DNA from: an uncultured archaeon
GTDB lineage: Archaea > Thermoproteota > Bathyarchaeia > TCS64
Length of the DNA stretch: 29,892 bases
Assembly (NCBI GenBank): GCA_965368285.1
Contig: CBDUMJ010000001.1
Span: 1 to 29,892, forward strand
Reading direction: 5' to 3'
This document shows, piece by piece, positions 1 through 7,910 of this stretch (the stretch's first letter is position 1; each line of letters begins with the position of its first letter). The notes under the pieces were generated by a model. The model made no database searches, was not told the origin of the DNA, and saw only the letters and a list, made by a program, of their open reading frames with translations. Made by a program: the position numbers and the translations under genes.

Positions 1-1
1 T

Positions 2-67
2 CAAGCAGAAGACGGCATACGAGATGTAGAGAGGTCTCGTGGGCTCGGAGATGTGTATAAGAGACAG
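2..67 (+). other. Illumina Nextera P7 adapter + i7 index + transposase read-2 sequence (sequencing artefact)
   Basis: 2-25 CAAGCAGAAGACGGCATACGAGAT (P7), 26-33 GTAGAGAG (index), 34-67 GTCTCGTGGGCTCGGAGATGTGTATAAGAGACAG; gives the artefact peptide CLLYTSPSPRDLSTSRMPSSA on the minus strand. Confidence 0.99.
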
Positions 68-618
68 GTTTTATAATGACTCACGTCACGGAGGGGAAAG
101 TAATCCTTGAGTCTCATTACATGTCTTCTCCAAATAGGATCATCCACAGTCATCCATTCCGCACCCTTCTTTTCTAAAAACCTGGAAAACCCTTTTATAG
201 CCCGAAAGGATGCTTCAAGAGTAGCTCCGCTTGTAACCGCTAAAAGTTGACCCAGAGCTTTGTACGATTTGGTAGGCGGACGCTTTTTGAAAATAGGAAT
301 CCTACGACCCTTGTACGTTATCCACTTTATGATGTCCTCTTTTGGTCTGAGGGTACGACGAGTTAAGTCCTCTAATGGTCCAAAAAGCTCTGTTGGTTTA
401 AAATCCGGTTTTGGTTCAAACACGTAATCTCCCACTTGGTTGCGGAACACAGTAACATGCGGTATGAACCCTTCTATTATGTCACTTGGGATCCCTTCAG
501 GGAATGCTGGGCATGTAAAAGTCTGAGGGTTAAAGTGTTTACATCCGTAACATAAAAAAACGACCCTCCAATCAGGCGGAAGTATCCCAAAAAGTTCGTC
601 TAAAGCACTGTTCATCAC
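68..618 (-). CDS. 3'-truncated phage protein with N-terminal Cys/His domain (CxxCxH...CxAFPxGIP...H) and a WITxxGxxIPI motif
   Basis: ORF track; CYGCKH, TCPAFPEGIP and WITYKGRRIPI motifs; start overlaps stop of 615-1220; true C-terminus replaced by adapter. Confidence 0.7.
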
Positions 619-1220
619 ATTTCCACCTTACGGTAAGGTTGTTTTTCCAGCACTAAATTGTACACTGCAAGTGCCCCTTGAGGCGGATCCGCTTTTGAAA
701 CAACTGGTCTTTTATTGATGGGAAACATTCGTGTCAGACGGATGTACAGAGGGACATAGTAGTACATATTAAACTCTTTCGGTACGTAGAAGGTATGCTT
801 AGATTTCAAGTAGCGCACACACCCCAACCAAACTATAAGCCGTCGAGGTGCTTTTTGGTGAAGATGACGCGTACTGATAGAGATGTACGGGCCCTTTGCA
901 CTCTTTGGGTAAAGGGGTGCGTAACGTTTATGCGTCCAATCGTAAGGCATAGCAACAAGGTCGTACAGTGGGACGTAAGGCGAAAAAGGAGTGATATAGC
1001 TAGCCTCGATGTAATGAGTTCGGGTTGGAAGATAACGCGATAGCATTTTGATGCACTTTTGTGCTACCACATCGTCTTTAAGCTGTAGTGTAAAAAACAT
1101 GACATCTAGGTCATGACTGACAAGCGAGGTCACTGCAGATCCTACTAGGGCTATGTACGGCCGTTTGATCTTAAAAGGCAGCATTTGTTCGCTTATACAG
1201 CGCTTAACTTGATAGGTCAA
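615..1220 (-). CDS. Pol-beta-superfamily nucleotidyltransferase-like protein, apparently two tandem copies of the fold
   Basis: YIALVGSAVTSLVSHDLDV fits hhhGS-x(7-10)-DhD; PYI..., YVPLY and (Y/V)(D/N)LV segments recur in the second half; TTG start. Confidence 0.5.
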   Translation of the reverse strand: MTYQVKRCISEQMLPFKIKRPYIALVGSAVTSLVSHDLDVMFFTLQLKDDVVAQKCIKMLSRYLPTRTHYIEASYITPFSPYVPLYDLVAMPYDWTHKRYAPLYPKSAKGPYISISTRHLHQKAPRRLIVWLGCVRYLKSKHTFYVPKEFNMYYYVPLYIRLTRMFPINKRPVVSKADPPQGALAVYNLVLEKQPYRKVEM

Positions 1221-1287
1221 GGTACTAACCTTGACTTAACCCCCCTTACACATGTAGATAGAAGAAAACACTTTTCAGGAGATTTAT

Positions 1288-4200
1288 ATGGATAGGTTGA
1301 AGGGAGTGACGTCTTTTGACACATCAATCCAGTGGTCATACACAACTTCTTTACAAGCTTCGGTCTTGAGACAGATATATAGAGACACTAACACAATAAG
1401 AAGGTGTGTTGACCAAATTGCGACGACGATCGCTGGACTCCCTTTTGAAGTGAAGGTGTCTCATCCATTCAAGAAGGAAGTAATCTCCGCTATTTTTGAA
1501 GGAGTGGGTCCCACAGGTGAAACATTTAAGGAAGTCCTTCAAGCATGTGTTGTTGACATGCTTGTCATCAACAAAGGTGTTATATTACCTGTGTTCACAC
1601 TTGGGTCTCAACTGAAAAGTTTCACCGCAAGAGACGCGGGCACGTTTGCTCCTGTGTTTAGAAAAGATGGGGTTCTCTTAGGATACATTCAGGAGGTCAA
1701 TGGTAAAAAATTTGAATTCAAACCAGATGAGGTTATTGTTATAGCTGGGGTCAAAAGGACCTACACTATTGGATCCTTATCTATCATTGAGTCTCTGACT
1801 TACGAGATCACTAATTTGGTTTACTCACTCCAGCGGATGCACAAGAAAGGAAGGCCACCAATTGGTGTTTTCGTAGTGCAAGAGGACGTAGGAAAGGAGG
1901 TAATAGAAAAACTACAGGCAGACTTAACCAACTTAGTTCAAGAACAGTCAACTAAAGTGCCAATTCTTTGGGGTGCTGGTAGAGGCGAGTGGATTGACAT
2001 AGTAAAACAACTAGACGTTCAACTCATAACCTCCTTCTTAGACCGAATGGATTGGCTGGTACGTTCAGCGTTTGGTTTCTCCAATCCTGGAGATAGTTTA
2101 GGCAGGCAAACCGCGCGACCTTTATTGTATTCGACCTACACACCTCATATTGTAACAGCTATCCAAGATCAACTCAATCACTTTCTCCGCCCTTACGGTA
2201 TCAATATAAGATTCAAAATACCCCCCGCTCATACTATATCAGAGTTGCTACTAGCTGCGAGGTCTGGGCTTATTTCACCTAACGAAGCAAGGGCATTCCT
2301 GCACTTACCACCCGCTCAAGGTGGTGACACACTCACTATCTTACAACCACAAGGTCTCACACCTGTTGGTGGGACAAAGCCTCCTGGTGGGGGAGCAAAA
2401 CCTCCTACCCAAGAACCTATAGTTGTGACCCCAGCTCGTGCTGAATCAGAGGACCCGTTTCAAGAGATAAAAAGGGCTGCCGAGTTAGAATATCTAGAAA
2501 GCGTACGTAACTTGAACCTGATTAGTGACCCTAAGACAGCTGACTTTGTATCTAAGCGGATGACTCTTTCAATGAAGCTAACCAAAAAGCTCAGGAAAGT
2601 ACATGAGGAGCTCACAGAGAAACTGTGCGAAAAGTTCATGCTAGTCAGAGCAGACGTTACCCCTACACTCGATCCATTGGACAAATGGTTCTACACGCAA
2701 ATACAGAACGCCTTGAAAGATGTGACCCCTGACGCTCTTCAGACAGGGTACTACTGGGTAGATAGGTACTGGCCTTCTTATGACAAAGATTATGTCGACG
2801 CTGAAACTGTACGTTCATTAAAGAAGATTAACGACTATATGACTCGTCAGTGGACTTCAAAATATCAAGAAGTCAAGAAAGACGCAGAAAAGAGAGATTG
2901 GGACAAAGTAAGAGATGATTTACATAAGTTACTCCTAAGCTTCCTGGCAGCGGGTGCGTTCGTTGGTTACCTTACACACTTACCCCTCCAGGCTGTAACT
3001 CGATTTTTTACCCTAAAAGGCAAAACTATCTATTACAAATGGGTTGGCACTGGCGATGAGAACATGTGTCAAGACTGTCGGGAGATGCACGGTAAAGTCT
3101 TCTCGCAAACTGAACTTGAGTTTATAGGTAGGTGGCCGGGCTGTGGTGAGCCTTACAAAGCTAGGGGAGTAAGATGTAACGGTAAATGTCGGTGCGTGTT
3201 AATTCCTGTCGATATAGAGGAGACCAGGTTTGAAGTAGATTGGCTCCAAAAAGTCATCCCAGTAAGAGGCCTGCACTTACCCAAGTCCGAGCTGCTGGCA
3301 ATAGGCGCGCTTGATCATGTCGATAAGAAAATCCGGGATATTTTACTAAAAGAACCTCGATTACGTGAACCTGCTTACTTTGCTTTGTTTGACAAAATAA
3401 CAACCACAGCGGCTGAGACACCATATTATAACCCGCTGGTAAACACGCTGTACATCCCTGCAAAAGCAACACATTCAACAGTAAGAAGTGCGTTTGTTGA
3501 CGCAGTTGTTGAGAACCTAATGTTTAGGAACAACTTTCTCGACCCATACTCACCCATCACAGCCCAGCTCGCAGCTATAATGCAAAAGGCTCGTGAGGAT
3601 GTGTGGGAAACTCGCTTGTGGAAAGTGTTCAGAAAGGTTGGTATAGAACTCGGCAAAGAACCGTACATTAAATTAGAAGAGGCGTGGAAGTTTGGGAACT
3701 TGGCGCCTTTTGAGAAGTTCACCTTACCACTCGACTTTCCTAAAGAAGCGTATGTGGATCCGATGTTGTTCTTTAAACACATGTTTCGCGCGGTTATCTT
3801 CACACCTCATAGGGAAATACCTGGTAAAGTAGCGTTTGAAGACTTCCTAGCATCAACACTTTGGACACCAAGTTCTTACAAAAAATGGGTTGGCAAGTCA
3901 CTTGAGAGACTGGGGCGGCCTTGGCCCGCTGTAACAAGTGTTGATGCGATTATGAAAAGAATTCCCTACGTCGACGAAAAGATCGAACCGTACATCCGAG
4001 CCCTATTGGAAACCTACCCCTTCCTAAGAGTCCCAGCTATATGGGAAGGACTCAACTATATTGGATTCAGTAAGACTACTTCAACATTTAACGCGTCGTA
4101 TATTTTAGGACGTGGGTATGAGAAGTTTATGGAATCATTCAACTCATCTATTGTAGTTACTCCTAACCTTTACCAGATACTTCATGAATTAGGTCACCAT

Positions 4201-5610
4201 ATCTTTGAACGTCATGTCATGTACAACACACTACTAGGGTCCACCTATGGGCAGGTCTACCTCTATGGGATCCTGTATCCTTTCGTAGAGAGGGCTACCT
4301 TATATGCAAAAAGTGAGAAGGAAGTAGCGAAGTTAATTGGATTTCTTGAGTACTTGGTGGAGAAAGAACAAAAGGGCCAGCTTCAAGCGGCTTTACTGGC
4401 TAGTTCGTCGTACATACGCGAAAACCTCATCAAGCCGTTCCAAGACAGGTTACCTGAGATTACGAAAAACTTATCTATTCCTCTCCGGGTGTATGCTATC
4501 TCAGACCCAGCGGAATCCTTCGCTGAGTTGTTTGCAACATTTGTAACCAAGCCCACAATCCTGCGGTACAGTTCACCCGAGCTTTACGACTACTTCTTAT
4601 CCTTAATGAGAGCAGTAGCAGTGAAGCCTCTCGCTGAGCTCAAAACCGAGAGAATGTGGAAAGAGTACATAGAGGCGATGAAGAAGCTGAAGCTCAGCCC
4701 CGATCAAATAAGAGAAGCAATAGAGTCTACTTTAACTGTTATGGCATCCACAGAAGCACAAAACTGGGATACAGTTGGCATGATGATTCGTAGGATTATA
4801 GCTGCGTCTAGGAGCGACAAGAGTTTATTGTTGGAGTTAGAGAAAGAAAAAGTGATTGATGTGCAAGGATTTAGTGAACAGCTAAATAAGATGACGGAAT
4901 ACTCAAGGCTAAAGGCATTAGAGGAAGCGCGTAAGAGGCCTGTCACTGCAGCAATTTTAAAGCGCGAAAGAGAGAAATATAAGAGGTTATTTGAGTTCTT
5001 AGCGGACACTAAAGGTAAGGATTTTCACAACGTGGTCGTTGAGTTTGTAGCAAAACTCGCGCCCGAAGAGCAATGTGAACCCATAGTGAACAAAATCTTC
5101 GCTTACTTGGACAGACAAGGATGGAGTAAGGATGCAATGTACGATGTATGGCGTCGGCTGAAAAACATTCGGTCTGGCGGTAAGCCAAGACAAGATGCGT
5201 ATAAATGGTTCGAAGAAGAAATGAAAGTCAAATGGACTTTGAAAAGGCCATGGGAGAAGAAAAAGAAAGTCATCGAAGCTGCTAAGCGTGAAAAGTGGTT
5301 TATCAAGTTCCAAGAAGCGGCAAAGGGTAAAGACTTTCGTAAGTTAGTCGCTAAGTTTGTGACAAAACTGACATCGGAAGAACAGCAGGTGCCGGTTGCG
5401 AACAAAATCTTTGCTTACCTAAATAAGCACGGGTGGAGCGAAGACGCAAAATTTAACGTGTGGCGCCACTTAAGAGGTATTGTGTTAGGTGGTAAATGGA
5501 GAGAAGACGCGTTTGAATGGTTTAAGAAGGAGGTGGGGATTGTCTGGGTGGCGCCAAAACGCCGTCCTGAAGAACAGTACCTCATCAAACTCCTAAAAGG
5601 AGGCGAGTAA
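1288..5610 (+). CDS. Portal protein fused to MuF (SPP1 gp7-like) head morphogenesis domain, zincin metallopeptidase domain(s) and a C-terminal duplicated helical domain
   Basis: Portal-like RRCVDQIATTIAGLPF...GLISPNEARAFLHLPPAQGGD (first ~350 aa); MuF-like YKWVGTGDENMCQDC...CNGKCRCVLIP; HELGH at 4183-4197 with downstream DPAESFAE; one uninterrupted ORF; AGGAG SD. Confidence 0.85.
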   Translation: MDRLKGVTSFDTSIQWSYTTSLQASVLRQIYRDTNTIRRCVDQIATTIAGLPFEVKVSHPFKKEVISAIFEGVGPTGETFKEVLQACVVDMLVINKGVILPVFTLGSQLKSFTARDAGTFAPVFRKDGVLLGYIQEVNGKKFEFKPDEVIVIAGVKRTYTIGSLSIIESLTYEITNLVYSLQRMHKKGRPPIGVFVVQEDVGKEVIEKLQADLTNLVQEQSTKVPILWGAGRGEWIDIVKQLDVQLITSFLDRMDWLVRSAFGFSNPGDSLGRQTARPLLYSTYTPHIVTAIQDQLNHFLRPYGINIRFKIPPAHTISELLLAARSGLISPNEARAFLHLPPAQGGDTLTILQPQGLTPVGGTKPPGGGAKPPTQEPIVVTPARAESEDPFQEIKRAAELEYLESVRNLNLISDPKTADFVSKRMTLSMKLTKKLRKVHEELTEKLCEKFMLVRADVTPTLDPLDKWFYTQIQNALKDVTPDALQTGYYWVDRYWPSYDKDYVDAETVRSLKKINDYMTRQWTSKYQEVKKDAEKRDWDKVRDDLHKLLLSFLAAGAFVGYLTHLPLQAVTRFFTLKGKTIYYKWVGTGDENMCQDCREMHGKVFSQTELEFIGRWPGCGEPYKARGVRCNGKCRCVLIPVDIEETRFEVDWLQKVIPVRGLHLPKSELLAIGALDHVDKKIRDILLKEPRLREPAYFALFDKITTTAAETPYYNPLVNTLYIPAKATHSTVRSAFVDAVVENLMFRNNFLDPYSPITAQLAAIMQKAREDVWETRLWKVFRKVGIELGKEPYIKLEEAWKFGNLAPFEKFTLPLDFPKEAYVDPMLFFKHMFRAVIFTPHREIPGKVAFEDFLASTLWTPSSYKKWVGKSLERLGRPWPAVTSVDAIMKRIPYVDEKIEPYIRALLETYPFLRVPAIWEGLNYIGFSKTTSTFNASYILGRGYEKFMESFNSSIVVTPNLYQILHELGHHIFERHVMYNTLLGSTYGQVYLYGILYPFVERATLYAKSEKEVAKLIGFLEYLVEKEQKGQLQAALLASSSYIRENLIKPFQDRLPEITKNLSIPLRVYAISDPAESFAELFATFVTKPTILRYSSPELYDYFLSLMRAVAVKPLAELKTERMWKEYIEAMKKLKLSPDQIREAIESTLTVMASTEAQNWDTVGMMIRRIIAASRSDKSLLLELEKEKVIDVQGFSEQLNKMTEYSRLKALEEARKRPVTAAILKREREKYKRLFEFLADTKGKDFHNVVVEFVAKLAPEEQCEPIVNKIFAYLDRQGWSKDAMYDVWRRLKNIRSGGKPRQDAYKWFEEEMKVKWTLKRPWEKKKKVIEAAKREKWFIKFQEAAKGKDFRKLVAKFVTKLTSEEQQVPVANKIFAYLNKHGWSEDAKFNVWRHLRGIVLGGKWREDAFEWFKKEVGIVWVAPKRRPEEQYLIKLLKGGE

Positions 5611-6191
5611 TGAGAGGTTTCATTATTGAAGTAAAATCCAACCGAGTAGTTGGAATATGGACTATTACCTTTGGCAGCTTATTCGTGTCGACGCCTGACG
5701 ACACGGTTAAGAGGCGAATAAGCAAGGGCATCCTACGGTCCAAACCTACTATATACCGTGGAAAGTTGTTCACTGAACCTGATTACATTCAGCCAGCAAA
5801 TGCAACGTTAGCTGAACTGACAGAAGCCCTTTCACCTGACTACGTGTGTGTAGCGGAAGAGGACATGGAAGAAGGTGCTATAAAGTTCCCACCACAAGAA
5901 GCTAAACTTACCTCAAACAACCTAGTTGGTCTTGTTACAAAAGATAACAAGGTTGTAGATGTATGGTGCTATGCCGGAGGTGAAATAAAATCACGCGTTC
6001 GTCCTAAGGGTTCAATAGAGACGAATGAAGTTGAAGTGTCGGAAACCAGTGCTGGGAATCTTAGGTGTGTAACAAGAACCGAGCGTGCGAGAAAGGCGGA
6101 ACCTGTAAGTTTGGGTGAAATTTCTTTAGCAACACCATATGCATTTTTACCAATGAGGTACTTTAAATGGGTAGAAAGAAAAAAGTCTTAG
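5610..6191 (+). CDS. Hypothetical protein with internal duplication, coupled to the portal-MuF gene
   Basis: TAATG stop/start overlap; IIEVKSNRVVGIW and LVTKDNKVVDVW repeats. Confidence 0.75.
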   Translation: MRGFIIEVKSNRVVGIWTITFGSLFVSTPDDTVKRRISKGILRSKPTIYRGKLFTEPDYIQPANATLAELTEALSPDYVCVAEEDMEEGAIKFPPQEAKLTSNNLVGLVTKDNKVVDVWCYAGGEIKSRVRPKGSIETNEVEVSETSAGNLRCVTRTERARKAEPVSLGEISLATPYAFLPMRYFKWVERKKS

Positions 6192-6436
6192 AATTAGGTT
6201 TAGCGTCAGCACCACATAAGAAGACGACAAACGATGAAGAAAGTAGTACTGGCAGCACCGTCGATGTGGTCGCTACTAGAATAAAAGAAGCGCTCTTAAA
6301 TAACCCTAATTTGAAACCACAAACGTGGATGGAAGTAGTCAAAGGACTGGAGCTTCTACTCAAGTATAAAGGCGAAGGCGACCCCGACGATGTAATCGAA
6401 CTGTTTGAGGAGAAGTTAAAGGATTTTGAGCCGTGA
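6167..6436 (+). CDS. Putative terminase small subunit
   Basis: Short helical charged ORF directly upstream of, and overlapping (GTGA), terL; call is positional only. Confidence 0.5.
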   Translation: MGRKKKVLELGLASAPHKKTTNDEESSTGSTVDVVATRIKEALLNNPNLKPQTWMEVVKGLELLLKYKGEGDPDDVIELFEEKLKDFEP

Positions 6437-7836
6437 ACATCAAAACACTCCGGAGATTGTGCCGCGAAAGTTTCGCATCATTCCTAACCTTCGTCTTCGA
6501 CTTCCCCCTAGCGGACCTTCATAAACAATGGTGTACGTTCTTAGAAACTAAACGGAAAATTCTCATCCTTTCTCCAAGAGCGCACGGGAAGAGTTCGGTC
6601 GTCTCCATAGCTTACCCGTGCTGGAGGATCGGGCTCAACACTAATATCAGGATCAAGATAGTTGCGAACTCAAACGAAAAGGCGAAGGAACTTTTATCAG
6701 CAATCACTCAAACACTGCTTTTTTCACCAAAGTACCGTGCTATTTTCCCTCACGTGAGACCATCTAAAGCCAGGTACTGGACTAAAGAAAGAATCTTTGT
6801 GGAGAGAAGCTTGGCGCTCAGAGATGCAACAGTAGAAGGTAAAGGGATAATTGCGACTGGTACTGGAGGAAGAAGTGACCTCCTTATTTGCGATGATATA
6901 TGTGACAACAGGACGGCGGCTACAAAAGGTATGATAAGAAAGGTAAAAGAAGCGTTCTTTGACGTCTGGATGAACACACTAGAGCCACAAGGTCACCAAG
7001 TTGTAGTCATCGGCACTACATGGGCAGAGGAAGATGTATACGCTGACCTTCTAAGAAAGAAAGGTTGGTGCCGTAAGATATGGAAGATAAATGAGAACTT
7101 TGATCCTCTATGGCCTCAAGTATGGCCGCGAGAGAAGCTGTACGACAAGTGGAAGGATGATCCACTAGCGTTTGAAAAAGGTTTCCGGATGCAGCCCATT
7201 CGGGTGGAGACTGTGTTATTCTCTAGAGAGTGCTTCAAACAGAGACACGATTGGCCTCTCACTCCCGGTTCCAACCCACCTGAGTATACAAGCCTTACGG
7301 AACCATATGTCAGAAAATACATGGGAGTTGACATCTCTGGTGGTCATGGTAAGGACTACTCAGTTTTATTCACGACGGGTGTCCACGCAGAAACACGGAT
7401 GCGGTGGCCGATTAACATAATAAGAGTCAAAGCAGCCGCACCTGAGGTCGCGAGACTACTGATCAGGGAGTACGAGAAGTATAAACCAGAAGTGATCCTA
7501 GTTGAGTCCAACGCTACCCAGCAAATGCTATTTGATTGGGTGGGTGAACTAAGGAAGCTCCCCATAAAGTCTTATTACACAGGTACGCAAAAGCACTATG
7601 TCAATGTTGGCATCCCGTCTTTAAGAGTTGAATTAGATAATAATATGTGGCACATCCCCTATTGGAGCCATGACCCTGGTTGTGAGTGTTCTTTTTGCGC
7701 ATGGAAACGTGAAGTGCTAAGTTATCCTTATAGCACCTATGATGACTGTGTAATGGCCTGGTGGTTCACAAGGGAAGCGATTCGACTCTACTTTGAGGGC
7801 ATGGGGAAGGGCGGCTACGCTGTGGTGGAGCTATAA
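6433..7836 (+). CDS. terL: Terminase large subunit
   Basis: Walker A LSPRAHGKS, Walker B LLICDDI, coupling motif VIGTTW, RNase H-like nuclease YMGVDIS and DDCVMAW. Confidence 0.93.
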   Translation: MNIKTLRRLCRESFASFLTFVFDFPLADLHKQWCTFLETKRKILILSPRAHGKSSVVSIAYPCWRIGLNTNIRIKIVANSNEKAKELLSAITQTLLFSPKYRAIFPHVRPSKARYWTKERIFVERSLALRDATVEGKGIIATGTGGRSDLLICDDICDNRTAATKGMIRKVKEAFFDVWMNTLEPQGHQVVVIGTTWAEEDVYADLLRKKGWCRKIWKINENFDPLWPQVWPREKLYDKWKDDPLAFEKGFRMQPIRVETVLFSRECFKQRHDWPLTPGSNPPEYTSLTEPYVRKYMGVDISGGHGKDYSVLFTTGVHAETRMRWPINIIRVKAAAPEVARLLIREYEKYKPEVILVESNATQQMLFDWVGELRKLPIKSYYTGTQKHYVNVGIPSLRVELDNNMWHIPYWSHDPGCECSFCAWKREVLSYPYSTYDDCVMAWWFTREAIRLYFEGMGKGGYAVVEL

Positions 7837-7845
7837 TATGCTTCA

Positions 7846-7895
7846 TATCATATGGTTATTGCGCCATATTTTAGCAATATGCGCGGGATCCCGCT
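7846..7895 (+). repeat. 50-bp dispersed repeat, copy 1 (copy 2 at 24587-24636)
   Basis: 43/50 identical by hand alignment; both copies are intergenic, between a stop codon and an SD. Confidence 0.85.
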
Positions 7896-7910
7896 AGGAG
7901 GTATAGGAAA

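Noticed and set aside
1-67. C-terminal peptide CLLYTSPSPRDLSTSRMPSSA of ORF 1-618 as a real protein tail
   Set aside because: It is the translation of the Nextera adapter.
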